Assembly: GCF_021869535.1 (NCBI RefSeq)
Contig: NW_026262686.1
Coordinates: 1,736,001 to 1,800,000 of the forward strand
Direction of reading: 5' to 3'
Source: Mytilus californianus
Taxonomy: Eukaryota
DNA length: 64,000 bases
Shown piece by piece: positions 1-12,383 of the stretch. The position numbers and the translations under genes are program-made. Under the pieces are notes generated by a model, which saw nothing but the letters and a program-made list of their open reading frames with translations, did not search any database and had not been told where the DNA came from. The stretch's first letter is position 1. Each line of letters opens with the position of its first letter.

Positions 1-110
1 AGGCTACTTGCCTGGAGCTTCAGATACTTCATGGAAATGTTAATATATTTTCCTGTGTAGAGGCTACTTGCCTGGAGCTTCAGATACTTCATGGAAATGT
101 TAATATATTT
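1..110. repeat. 60-bp tandem repeat, truncated by window start
   Basis: 1-50 is repeated exactly at 61-110. Confidence 0.85.
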
Positions 111-201
111 TTACTTCTGTCGACACTTTTATTATGAAAACATTAATTTACTAGTATTGCACGACATGATAAGCTTGCTTTTATTTAAAATAACATTATA
201 C

Positions 202-283
202 CTGTCCCATCCTTATATACATTTACTGGGAACTTCTTTGTCAGATTTCCATCGGAGATTTTATTTGAAATAAATATTAAAAT
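202..283 (-). CDS. Alpha-amylase exon 10 (ILIFISNKISDGNLTKKFPVNVYKDGT)
   Basis: TTTTCTAG|ATT acceptor and G|GTATAA donor. Continues the domain-C pattern (RG..+L+.+SN ... Y.DGT). The following exon was not identified with confidence. Confidence 0.65.
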
Positions 284-622
284 CTAGAAAACAAACATAA
301 AAGAAAACATACAGATATTATTTTAAAATGTTGTCTTTTGTAATATAAATCAATTACAAGAACTAAAAGTGAACAGGTCTGGAATATTTTTCTTGTGTTG
401 TTTTAAGTTTGTTCTCCTTATACGATCTGTTTGTTTCCTGAAGATATTCTTTCAACTCATTCTTCACCATTTCACAATTTCAAAATTAGTGTCTGTTCAG
501 TCTAGGAATTTATTCTATCTTATTCATACGTATAATGCAGATAATGTTTATCTATATTTTTGGCATTTTCATGTTTCATCACTGAAATGTAAAATGTTTA
601 AGAAAATGACATTACAATGGAG

Positions 623-714
623 GCCGGATGCGGCCAAGTTCGCGATTTCGCGCTTTCGCTGTTTGAAGTTTTCGGCTTTGAAAATCCCAAAACGCGAAAG
701 TGGCCTCATCCGGC
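623..714. repeat. Small foldback with about 26-bp imperfect inverted arms (possible MITE remnant)
   Basis: gccggatgcggccaagttcgcgattt (623-648) versus aaaacgcgaaagtggcctcatccggc (689-714). Confidence 0.55.
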
Positions 715-1003
715 TTTTACATAATACTGTAGTGACGGTGTCCTTGAAATACTCCAATTTGGCAAAACTATGACATGTATATCAACGTGCTACGCGTGCT
801 TTTAATGCATAGAACCTACGATTGTATAGTATTGTTTGTTAGGTGAGTTTTGTGTATAATTACATAACATGATTGTTTTCCTTATGATATCGTTTGGTTG
901 CTGCCTTATTCACGTATACAATTGTTTATTTGTACCTTTGTATTTCGTTAGGTTGCTGTCTTAATTACTATACTACACACCTCACTATACGCATAATCAA
1001 TAC

Positions 1004-1123
1004 CTGGTGTTTATCACCACGAGAGAATACAAAGTAATCATCAGCTGCATACACCTCTGTTTGTTGGTCTGAGGAAAAATCCAAATCAGATCTTCTTCTA
1101 AGGAGTGACAGTTGCGAAATAAA
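1004..1123 (-). CDS. Alpha-amylase exon 9 (FISQLSLLRRRS...ADDYFVFSRGDKHQ)
   Basis: TAACAG|TTT acceptor and CAG|GTATTG donor; phase 0/0; domain C start (F..SRG). Confidence 0.8.
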
Positions 1124-1184
1124 CTGTTACCAACAAAATAAGAAAGGTTCCATTTGAAACACAGAGTAAAAGGGACACTGGATC

Positions 1185-2342
1185 TCTAAATGAGACACAT
1201 TGGAGTGGCTTTCGTATCTTTACATTACTGATGACTTAATGAGACACATTGGAGTGGTTTTCGTATCTTTACATTACCAATGACTTAATGAGACACATCG
1301 TAATGGCATTCGTATCTTTACATTACTGATGACTTAATGAGACACATTGGAGTGGCCTTCGCATCTTTACATTACTGATGACTTAATGAGACTCATTGGA
1401 GTGGCTTTCGTATCTTTACATTACTAATGACTTAATGAGACACATTGGAGTGACTTTCGTATCTTTACTTTACTGATGACTTAATGAGACACATTGGAGT
1501 GGTTTTCGTATCTTTATATTAATGATGATTTAATGATACACATTTGAGTGACTTTCGTATCTTTACATTATTGATGACTTAATGAGACATATTGGAGTGG
1601 CCTTCGTATCTGTACATTCCTGATGACTTAATGAGACATATTGGAGAGGCCTTCGTATCTTTGAATTACTGATGACTTAATGAGACACATTGGAGTGGCC
1701 TTCGCATCTTTACATTACTGATGACTTTATGAGACTCATTGGAGTGGCTTTCGTATCTTTACATTACTAATGACTCAATGAGACACATTGGAGTGACTTT
1801 CGTATCTTTACTTTACTGATGACTTAATGAGACACATTGGAGTGGTTTTCGTATCTTTATATTAATGATGATTTAATGATACACATTTGAGTGACTTTCG
1901 TATCTTTACATTATTGATGACTTAATGAGACACATTGGAGTGGCCTTCGTATCTTTACATTACTGATGACTTAATGAGACACATTGGAGTGGCCTTCGTA
2001 TCTTTACATTACTGATGACCTTATGAGACACATTGGAGTGACTTTCGTATCTTTACATTACTGATGACTTAATGAGACACATTTGAGTGGCCTTCGTATC
2101 TTTACATTACTGATGACTTAATGAGACACATTGGAGTGGCCTTCGTATCTTTACATTACTGATGACCTTATGAGACACATTGGAGTGACTTTCGTATCTT
2201 TACATTACTGATGACTTAATGAGACACATTGGAGTGGCCTTCGTATCTTTACATTACTGATGACTTAATGAGACACATTGGAGTGGCCTTCGTATCTTTA
2301 CATTACTGATGACTTAATGAGACACATTGGAGTGGCCTTCTC
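1185..2342. repeat. 49-bp minisatellite, about 23 copies
   Basis: Unit gagacacattggagtggccttcgtatctttacattactgatgacttaat. Confidence 0.95.
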
Positions 2343-2344
2343 AT

Positions 2345-2620
2345 CGACTGAATACATTGAACATAACTATGTGTACCTTCCTAATGTACATTCATATGTA
2401 CCTTACTATTGTATATTCCTATGTGTATCTTACTATTTTACACTCTCGTGTGTACAATATTATTGTATATTCCTATGTGTATCATCCTATTCAGTGTACA
2501 TTTCTAAGTGGACGTTCCCATTGTAAATTCCTATGTGTACCATCCTATTGTCCATTCATATGTGTTCCTTACTATTGTACATTCCTATGTGTAACTTCCT
2601 TTTATACGTGTTCATGTGCA
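2345..2620. repeat. Degenerate 27-bp minisatellite
   Basis: Unit approximately tactattgtacattcctatgtgtacct. Confidence 0.75.
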
Positions 2621-2892
2621 TATCACAAGTCATTAGCCTTGTCAGTGGTTATCTATTGTTATTTCATAATGTTTTTGCCATTTTGGGGAATCTGATGGTC
2701 TCTGTTTGATTTATACATAATTTGTTCAAGACTCGATAGGACGTACATGAGGTAGAGCTGGACGAGTTGTACAAATAACAGTCTATTGTTTATTACTGTA
2801 TGTTGATTTTTATACTGGTATATATGTTTAAGTTGTGGATTGATGTCTCATTGATGTATAACCTATATCTCCTTATTGATTAACATATGTAC

Positions 2893-3003
2893 CTTATATA
2901 ACCGTGACTTTTGGTTGTAATGTGGCCATAAAGCTTCTCGGTTTTCTGGATCGTTTCCACCATTGAAAACTTGCTCTGTACCATAATAAATTATAGGAAT
3001 ACC
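2893..3003 (-). CDS. Alpha-amylase exon 8 ([37 protein letters not shown])
   Basis: TTCTTAG|GGT acceptor and AAG|GTACAT donor; canonical GH13_1 motif. Confidence 0.92.
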
Positions 3004-3089
3004 CTAAGAAAAGATTTGAACTAAAGATAAATAAAACTAAAGTAAACATATGAATTGAAGGTTTCCTATTAGTTGAATATGTCTTCTCG

Positions 3090-3330
3090 CTGAGACTATA
3101 CGAGTACAGAGATAACTTCGATTTTCCCATTGTAAACTTTCCATCTTAAATGTGGAAAATTCCAGCTGCACCTCTATATGGCGCATAAATCTCGTTGTTG
3201 ATACAATATTGCTGGGCTTGCGTTTCCTACCACGATTTTCGTGTTTTATTTCTAAGAGGCTTAATTTTGAACCAAGGGCTTTTAATTTTTACGTTTTATT
3301 CACGAGAACTTTTCACGAGAACCATAACGG
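3090..3330 (+). mobile_element. Decayed Penelope-like retroelement RT fragment
   Basis: Translates RLYEYRDNFDFPIVNFPS*MWKIPAAPLYGA*ISLLIQYCWAC. This matches, from memory, the PLE RT motif KLYDKRDDFNFPIVNFPFLxSNIPAAPAYGVYISQLIRYxRAC, with stops. Confidence 0.7.
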
Positions 3331-3522
3331 GTTCTTCAGTAGAAAAATGACTGCTTACGTTAAATGTTTATATATTTATGAAGCTGTAACATATGTCCGT
3401 TGTTAACTTTAACATCCTACCCCTGTTGAACATTCTATATGTTTACTATACCTTTATCTGCTAATATGGTATTAACTATAATATAAATCTTAAAGAGGTG
3501 CGCCATGGTAAATCGTTCTTAC

Positions 3523-3651
3523 CTGTGATAATAAGACATATGCCAGGTTATTCATTAACAACGTTATATTTGGTGATATACTGAGAAATCTTTGAAAGTC
3601 ATGGTTATCTAAAAAATTTCCAAGAACTGTTATATCTTCGAATTTCATTTT
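3523..3651 (-). CDS. Alpha-amylase exon 7 (KMKFEDITVLGNFLDNHDFQRF...LSQ)
   Basis: TTTCAG|AAA acceptor and CAG|GTAAGA donor; region IV DNHD. Confidence 0.92.
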
Positions 3652-3899
3652 CTGAAAATACAAGAAAAAGTCACATTTTAAACAATATGCAAATGAAACA
3701 GCAACCCCACGACAAAAATAAACAAAATTCATCTAATGGTCAACTTGCAGTCTTCAACAATAAACAGGAATGTCTATCCACTAGTACAAGCTATAATTTG
3801 ACACATGTCCTTTTACTTATAATTAATATTTACAATAGATCTTTAACATTGAGTTTGGGGTTTACATGACGTAGTACGTTTTACAAAAAAGAACGTGGT

Positions 3900-5995
3900 G
3901 CACACAAGGGGAATCGGTATCGAATGTTTTCATCAGTACAACTAGGTGGCGCAAGAACGGAAATCAATATCTAAAGATTTCAGTACCACAAGGCAATCGG
4001 TATTTAATGTTTTCATCAGTACCAAAAGGCGGCACACGTACAGAAATCGGTATCTAATGTTTTCACGAGTACCGCTAGGCGTCGAACGGACCGAAATCGG
4101 TATCTAATGTTTTCACCAGTACCACTAGGCGGCGAAAGGACGGAAATCGGTATCTAATGTTTCACAGGTACCACTAGGCGTCGAACGGGCGGAAATCGGT
4201 ATCTAATGTTTTCACGAGTACCGCTAGGCGTCGAACGGACGGAAATCGGTATCTAATGTTTTCACCGGTAACACTAGGCGGCGAAAGGACGGAAATCGGT
4301 ATCTAATGTTTTCGCCGGTACCACTAGGCGTCGAACGGGCGGAAATCGGTATCTAATGTTTTCACCGGTAACACTAGGCGGCGAAAGGACGGAAATCGGT
4401 GTCTAATGTTTTCGCCGGTACCACTAGGCGTCGAACGGGCGGAAATCGGTATCTAATGTTTTCACCGGTAACACTAGGCGGCGAAAGGACGGAAATCGGT
4501 ATCTAATGTTTTCACCAGTACCGCTAGGCGTCGAACGGGCGGAAATCGGTATCTAATGTTTTCACCAGTAACACTAGGCGGCGAAAGGACGGAAATCGGT
4601 ATCTAATGTTTTCACCGGTAACACTAGGCGGCGAAAGGACGGAAATCGGTATCTAATGTTTTCGCCGGTACCACTAGGCGGCGAAAAGACGGAAATCAGT
4701 ATCTAATGTTTTCATCCGTACAACTAGGTGGCACACGCACGGAAATCAATATCTAAAGAATTCAGTACCACTAGGCGGCACACGCAAGGCAATCGGTATT
4801 AAATGTTTTCATCAGTACCAAAAGGCGGCACACGTAATGAAATCGGTATCTAATGTTTTCACCAGTACCGCTAGGCGTCGAACGGGCGGAAATCGGTATC
4901 TAATGTTTTTACCGGTACCACTAGATGGCGAAAGGACGGAAATCGGTATCTAATGTTTTCACCGGTACCACTAGGCGGCGAAAGGACGGAAATCGGTATC
5001 TAATGTTTTCACCGGTACCACTAGGCGTCGAACGGACGGAAATCGGTATCTAATGTTTTCACCGGTACCATTGGGCGGCGAAAGGACGGAAATCGGTATC
5101 TTAATGTTTTCACCGGTACCACTAGGCGGCCAAAGGACGGAAATCGGTATCTAATGTTTTCACCAGTACCGCTAGGCGTCGGACGGACGAAAATCGGTAT
5201 CTAATGTTTTCACCAGTACCGCTAGGCGTCGGACGGACGGAAATCGGTATCTAATGTTTTCACCAGTACCACTAGGCGGCGAATAAAAATAAATAAATAA
5301 GCTTTATTTAGAGTCGGCAATGTATACAAACAGAGGCAACATAAGCTCTAATGAGCTTTTAACCGAACGGACGAAAATCGGTATCTAATGTTTTCACCGG
5401 TACCACTAGGCGGCAAATAATAATAAATAAATAAACTTTATTTAGAGTCGACAATGTATACAAACAGAGACAACATAAGCTCTAATGAGCTTTTAACCGA
5501 ACGGACGGAAATCGGTATCTAATGTTTTCACTAGTACCGCTAGGCGTCGAACGGACGGAAATCGGTATCTAATGTTTTCACCAGTACCGCTAGGCGTCGA
5601 ACGGACGTAAATCGGTTTCTAATGTTTTCACCAGTACCGCTAGGCGTCGGACGGACGGAAATCGGTATCTAATGTTTTCACCAGTACCGCTAGGCGTCGA
5701 ACGGACGGAAATCGGTATCTAATGTTTTCACCAGTACCGCTAGGCGTCGAACGGACGGAAATCGGTATCTAATGTTTTCACCAGTACCGCTAGGCGTCGA
5801 ACGGACGGAAATTGGTATCTAATGTTTTCACCAGTACCGCTAGGCGTCGAACGGACGGAAATCGGTATCTGATGTTTTCATCAGTACCACTAGGTGGCGC
5901 AAGCACGGAAACCGGTATCTTATGTTTTCATCAGTACCACTAGGTGGCGCAAGCACGGAAATCGGTATCTGATGTTTTCATTTGTACCACTAGCC
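3900..5995. repeat. 50-bp CpG-rich minisatellite, about 40 copies
   Basis: Unit ggaaatcggtatctaatgttttcaccagtaccgctaggcgtcgaacggac. Confidence 0.95.
5284..5498 (-). mobile_element. Two copies (about 5284-5364 and 5418-5498) of an ~80-bp retroposon 3' tail inserted in the 50-bp array
   Basis: On the minus strand: stem-loop aagctc/gagctt, AATAAA and a (TTTA)n tail. Interrupts a monomer at ggcg(g)cgaa|...|cgaacggac. Confidence 0.6.
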
Positions 5996-6281
5996 GGTTC
6001 CTTTCTATCACCGAGAATACCATTTACCATGTAGCCTCACTGGCGTAATTAAAATTATACGTTTCAGGCAGATTTTCATTCATGAAAATACAATTGCACT
6101 CAATCTGAGGTTGAAGCTCTTTTACGAAAAGTCTGAATAAGGTTAGACAATAAGTATAAAATAAGGAGATGACATGATTGCCAATGATAAAAGTATCCAA
6201 CATAGTCCAAATGAAGCAGATTTAAGCAACTCTGTATAGGCCTCCAACAATGAACAAAAGCTATACCGTACAGTTAACTAT

Positions 6282-6898
6282 ACAAGAGGCTATCAAGAGC
6301 CTGAATCGCTCACCTGTATTTCAGAGGAGAAGATTTTCAAATGTTAGCAAACTGGATGAACAAATTGTGTAAAATTGTCTTTAAAGGGCAATAACTCCTT
6401 AAGGGGTCAATTGACAATTATGGTCATATTAACTTTTTTGTAGATCTTACTTTGCTGAACATTATTGCTGCTTACAGTTTATATATATCTATAATAATTT
6501 TCAAAATAATAACAAAAAACTGCAAAATTTTGTTAAAACTACAAATTCGGTGGCAGCAACCCACTGTTTGACCAATTGAACAATTTTGCCCCTGTCAGAT
6601 TTGCTCTAAAAGCTTTAGTTTTTGAGATATAAGCCAAAAACTGCATTTGACCCCTATGTTCTATTTTAAGCCATGGCGGCCATGTTTGTCGATGGATCAA
6701 AATTTCGGATATAATTTATAAACTAGATACCCTAAGGAACATTTAGTTAAAGTTTGAAGGTATTTGGCCCAGTAGTTTCAGAGGAGAAGATTTTTGAAAT
6801 AAATTACGACGACAGACGACGACAGACGACGGACGACGACGGACGCCAAGTGATGGCATAAGCTCACATGGGGCCCTTCGGGCCCCGGTGAGCTAAAA
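6282..6898 (+). mobile_element. Non-autonomous Helentron-type (HINE/DINE-1-like) element
   Basis: Subterminal inverted motifs gctcacc (near 6309) and ggtgagc (near 6887), terminal hairpin ggggccc-ttc-gggcccc (6870-6886), GACG/GACA microsatellite near the 3' end, ends in an A run. Confidence 0.65.
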
Positions 6899-7197
6899 AG
6901 GCCCGACATTACAAAATGTGAAACATTCAAACGAAAAAAAAAACATGACCCTGATTTCCAAACCATGTGCCGTCTTTTATTTCATTGTTCGGTGTGTTTT
7001 TCCTTCACGACAAATGATCTTGATGGGCAATAGGTTTGCGTGCACGTAAAACTGGTTTTATCCCACCATGCACACTTTGGACATTTGGTGGATGTATTAG
7101 TTCAGGCTTTGAACAATTTTTTTTGTTTTTGTGCATACGGAGGAGTCGGATGTGGTAGGTGGTAATCTAAAAGAAAAATTGTTCAGGGTAGTTATAC

Positions 7198-7401
7198 CTC
7201 TTGGTCTAATGTAGTTTGTAGAGTTTTCATTGACTGGTTCTCTGTAAACACTCTCTTCATCGTATAGTAAAGTGGGAAGTTGAGAACAGCATTTAACGGG
7301 CCTTGGTACTCAGCTGTGTACGTTATATTATCACTGCTTGCCTCTCCCAGGCAGAAAGCGTCTGCAGCGACCTGGAATTCTGACCAGAAGTCTTTTGCCA
7401 C
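7198..7401 (-). CDS. Alpha-amylase exon 6 (VAKDFWSEF...GEASSD...NFPLYY...DQE)
   Basis: ATTAG|GTG acceptor and GAG|GTATAA donor; carries the general acid Glu. Confidence 0.9.
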
Positions 7402-7432
7402 CTAATATTAAAACAAATAGTAACAGTCAACA

Positions 7433-7514
7433 CTGATAGATAGCTAAAATCTTATTATAAGTGTGATTCACTCCTGATAGCTAGCTAAAATCTTATTATA
7501 AGTGTGATTCACTC
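7433..7514. repeat. Two-copy ~42-bp tandem duplication
   Basis: ctgatagatagctaaaatcttattataagtgtgattcactc occurs twice. Confidence 0.8.
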
Positions 7515-7729
7515 TTTCTCCATCGGTAGATTGCGTTAGTTCTGACTGAGTAAATAAACTGGGCATTTGCACAAATGCTTAATTTCTTTTTTTCATTGTT
7601 CGTTTATTTTTTTAACATTTGAAATTTTGTCATTTCCTACAAGATAAGATAATTTTATGAAATGTAATAAGAATTGGATTATTAAGAGCCTCAATTGTAA
7701 AAAAAGAAAAACATCCGAAAGATACCAAG

Positions 7730-8450
7730 GGAACAAGACTGACAACGCCATGGCAAAAAAAAGGGAACAAGACTGACAACGCCATGGCAAAAAAAGGGAA
7801 CAAGACTGACAACGACATGGCAAAAAAAGGGAACAAGACTGACAACGCCATGGCAAAAAAAAAAGGGAACAAAACTGACAACGCCATGACAAAAAAAGGG
7901 AACAAGACTGACAACGCCATGGCAAAAAAAGGGAACAAGACTTACAACGCCATGGCAAAAAAAAGGGAACAAAACTGACAACGCCATGACAAAAGAAGGG
8001 AACAAGACTGACAACGCCATAGCAAAATAAAGGGAACAAGACTGACTACGCCATGGCAAAAAAAGGGAACAAGACTGACAACGCCATGGCAAAAAAAAGG
8101 GAACAAAACTGACAACGCCATGACAAAAGAAGGGAACAAGACTGACAACGCCATGGCAAAATAAAGGGAACAAAACTGACAACGCCATGACAAAAAAAAC
8201 GAACAAGACTGACAACGCCATGGCAAAAAAGGGAACAAGATTGACAACGCCATGGCAAAAAAGGGACTGACAATGCCATGGCAAAAAAGGGAATAAGACT
8301 GACAACGCCATGGCAAAAAGGGGAACAAGACGGACAACGCCATGGCAAAAAAAGGGAACAAGACTGACAACGCCATGGCAAAAAAGGGAACAAGACTGAT
8401 AACACCATGGTAAAAAAAGGGAACAAGCAAGATTGACAACGCCATGGTAA
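7730..8450. repeat. ~34-bp minisatellite, about 21 copies, variable A-tract; source of spurious ORFs 7593-8484
   Basis: Unit gggaacaagactgacaacgccatggcaaaaaaa. Confidence 0.95.
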
Positions 8451-8620
8451 AAATAATGAAAAGACAAACAAGTTTACAAAACATTACGCTTACAAAACTA
8501 TATTGAAAACTAAAGACTGATTAACACGAACCCCATCAAAAACTGATGGTGATATCAGGTGCTTTTGAAGGGTAGGCTGACCCCCTCTACTTACGGCAAC
8601 ATTGGTGTCTTTCCCACTAA
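8450..8620 (+). mobile_element. Conserved module of an abundant dispersed repeat (also at about 21200-21260, 36390-36520, 50640-50740 and 59250-59360)
   Basis: Shared motif aaaactaaagactg..aacacgaacccc..caggtgct..gaagggtag, or its reverse complement, at five loci in the window. Confidence 0.65.
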
Positions 8621-9300
8621 CTTTCTACTTTCCATTATTCAATTATCTTTGCAATAACTTATCGGTACCTTGTTATGATGATTTAAATGCACGTTTATCA
8701 TTAAAGTTTTAACGAGAAAAGGTTAAATGTATCATTTCTCAGCTGCTGAATACTATTTTAAGGTTCTGCACCCATTTTGTCAAGACTTCCTAAGAGTAAG
8801 ATTCAGATTCCGTCCGGTTTTAAGACCTAACTTAAGCATGACCAATCGTTTAAAAAAAATAATGGAGTAATAAAACTAAAATCTCATATTATTCAGAGCT
8901 CTTTATATGAAACCTTATGAAAATGGAAGAAGACTAATATGTTAATACCTCTATATCCGGTAAACATTTTGAAGTACTTTCGGTTTTCGTGTGTTTAGTT
9001 TAATTGCTCAATCGTGGACGTAAAATAATGATGATGTCCTATGCTTCTGCCCAGTCGTGTGTCATAAATATATTTGGTTTCTGTTTGCGATCTATGAAGG
9101 GAGTTGGTTAATTAAATCTCGTGCATATTTACATTTGTGTTTGCCTTTTCAGTCAGGCTCATCGAGGTATTTTGTAGGGTACCTTTTCTGTGACTGTGCC
9201 TGATTCAACCTTATGTCTATGTGCCTACCTGTTTTACTGTGCCTATATAAAGATTTTGTCTACGAGTCTACATGTTTGACTGTGCCTGAAACAACCCTAC

Positions 9301-9438
9301 CTCTGTGACTGTGTCTATTCTGTAACCATCGATTCCATATTTCTTTGTTAACTCGCTTATCCAATTAAGCAAGGTAGATCTGACATACTGATCTGACTGA
9401 TTTAGGTCAGGAAGCTTGGCAAGACGACATAATTCAAC
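9301..9438 (-). CDS. Alpha-amylase exon 5 (VELCRLAKLPDLNQ...GIDGYRIDTVTE)
   Basis: TTGTAG|GTT acceptor and GAG|GTAGGG donor; 138 nt; carries the catalytic nucleophile Asp. Not in the ORF track. Confidence 0.92.
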
Positions 9439-9589
9439 CTACAATTTTTAAACGTAGTCTATCGATATTCAGTCAATATCTAACACGTCGAGAAATAAAA
9501 CGGACAAAAATGAGAGTGAAAACAATCGCAAAAGCTGGAGTTTGCATTCTACACCTCGTTCTAATGTGTAGTTATTACATCTTTTGACT

Positions 9590-12350
9590 CTCATACTTCT
9601 CCTCTCTCTCATGTGTAGCTTTTACGTCTCCTGACTGATACTTCTACTTTCTGTCACGTGTAGCATTTACCTCTCCTGACTCTTATACTTCTCCTCTCTC
9701 TCACGTGTAGCTTTTACGTCTCCTGACTGATACTTCTCCTTTCTGTCACGTGTAGCATTTACCTCTCCTGACTCTTATACTTTTCCTCTCTCTCACGTGT
9801 AGCCTTTACATCTTCCGACTCTGATACTTCTCTTCTCTCTCTCACGTGTAGCATTTACCTCTACTGACTCTTATACTTGTCCTCTCTCTCACGTGTAGCC
9901 TTTATATCTTCCGACTCTGATACTTCTCCTCTCTCTCTCATATGTAGCATTTACATCTCCTCATTCTTATACTTCTCCTCTCTGTCACGCGTAGCTGTTA
10001 AATATCCTGCCTTTGATACTGTTCCTCCCACTCACGTGTATGTAGCCTTTACATCTCCCGACTCTGATACTTCTCCTCTCAGTAACGTGTAGCCTTGACA
10101 TCTGTTGACTATTATACTTCTCTCTCTCACGTGTAGTATTTACATCTTCCGACTCTGATACTTCTCCTCTCTCTCTCTCTCACGTGTAGCCTTTACATCT
10201 CCTGACTGAGACTTCTCCTCTCTCTCACGTGTAGCCGTTAAATGTCCTGCCTTTGATACTGTTACTCCCTCTCACGTGAAGATTTCAAATCTCATGTCGC
10301 TGATACTGTTCTTCCCTATGACTTGCAGGTACTAAATATCGTGTCTCTTGTTCTTCCTTCTCACGTGTAGCTATTACCGGGGGGGGGGGGTAAATCTCAT
10401 ATATATCTCTGATATTGTTCTTAACTCTCATGTGTAGTGATTAAATCTCTTATCGTTGATACTGTTCCCCTCTCACGTATAGCTATTAAATCTCATGTCT
10501 CTGATACTGTCCGTCCCTCTCATGTGTTGCTATTAAATTTCATGTCTCTGATACTGTTCCTCCCTCTCATGTGTAGCTATTAAATCTTATGTCTCTCATA
10601 CTGCTCTTCCCTCTCACGTGTAGCTTTTAAATCTCACGTCTCTCATACTGCTCCTCCCTCTTACTTGTAGATATTAAATCTCATGTATCTGATAATGTTC
10701 CTCTCTCTCACGTATAGCTATTAAATCTAATGTCTCTGATACTGTTCCCCCTTCTCATGTGTAGCTATTAAATCTCATGTCTCTGATTCTGTTCCTTCCT
10801 CTCATGTGTAGATAATGAATCTCATGTATCTGATACTATTCCCCCCCCTCACGTGTAGCTATTAAATCTCATGTCTCTCATACTGTTTCTCCCTCTTACT
10901 TGTAGCCATTAAATCTCATGTTTCTGATACTGTTCCTCCCTCTCACGTGTAGCTATTAAATCTCAATTCGCTGATACTGTTTCTCCCTCTTACGTGAAGC
11001 TATTAAATATCATGTCTATCATACTATCCTTTTCTCTCACGTGTAGCGTCTCTTATACTGTTCTCACTCTCATGTATAGCTATTAAATATCCTGTTTCTG
11101 ATACTGTGCCTCCCTCTCACGTGTAGCTATTAAATCTCATGTCTCTCATACTGCTCTTCCCTCCCACGTGTAGCTTTTAAATCTCACGTCTCTCATACTG
11201 TTCCTTCCTCTTACATGTAGATATTAAATCTCATGTATCTGATACTGTTCCTCTCTCTCACGTATAGCTATTAAATCTCATATCTCTGATACTGTTCCCC
11301 CTTCTCATGATCATGTGTAGCTATTAAATCTCATCTCTCTGATTCTGTTCCTTCCTCTCATGTGTAGATAATAAATCTCATGTATCTGATACTATTTCTT
11401 ACCCTCACGTGTAGCTATTAAATCTCATGTCTCTTATACTGTTTCTCTCGCTTACTTGTAGCCATTAAATCTCATGTCTCTGATACTGTTCCTCCCTCTC
11501 ACGTGTAGCTATTAAATCTCAATTCTCTGATACTGTTTCTCCCTCTTACGTGTAGCTATTAAATATCATGTCTATCATACTATCCTTTTCTCTCACGTAT
11601 AGCGTCTCTTATACCGTTCACCATCTCATGTGTATCTATTAAATCTCCTGTTTCTGATACTGTGCCTCCCTCTCACGTGTAGCTATTAAATCTCATGTCT
11701 CTCATACTGCTCTTCCCTCTCACGTCTCTCATACTGCTCCTTCCTCTTACTTGTAGATATTAAATCTCATGTATCTGATACTGTTCCTCTCTCCCACGTA
11801 TAGCTATTACATCTCATATCTCTGATACTGTTCCCCCTTCTCATGATCATGTGTAGCTATTAAATCTCATGTCTCTGATTCTGTTCCTTCCTCTCATGTG
11901 TAGATAATAAATCTCATGTATCTGATACTATTTCTCCCCCTCACGTGTAGCTATTAAATCTCATGTCTCTGATACTGTTTCTCCCTCTTACTTGTAGATA
12001 TTAAATCTCATATATCTGATACTGTTCCTCTGTCTCACGTATAGCTATTAAATCTCATGTCTCTGATACTGTTTCTCCCTCTTACGTGTAGCTATTAAAA
12101 ATATCATGTCCATCATACTATCCTTTTCTCTCACGTGTAGCGTTTCTTATACTGTTCACCTTCTCATGTGTATCTATTAAATCTCCTGTTTCTGATACTG
12201 TGCCTCCTTCTCACGTGTAGCTATTACATCTCATGTCTATCATACTGCCCTTTTCTGTCACGTGTAGCTTTTATATCTTATGTCTCTCATACGTATACAG
12301 TTCCCACTCTCACGTGTAGCTATTCAATTTCATGTCTCATATACTGTTCC
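9590..12350. repeat. ~47-bp minisatellite with CACGTG core, two subfamilies and ~550-bp higher-order repeat
   Basis: Unit ctctcacgtgtagctattaaatctcatgtctctgatactgttcctcc. A diagnostic variant recurs at 11020, 11576 and 12114. Confidence 0.93.
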
Positions 12351-12383
12351 CCTGAATTTGTCATATCATCATTCCTTCCTTAC

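Noticed and set aside
369-773. ORFs 369-773 (+) and 569-757 (-) as amylase exons
   Set aside because: No GH13 similarity. They overlap a small foldback repeat, and exon 9 joins in phase directly to 202-283.
7593-8484. Long overlapping ORFs (up to 258 aa) on both strands
   Set aside because: These are translations of the 34-bp minisatellite in all frames, with no domain content.
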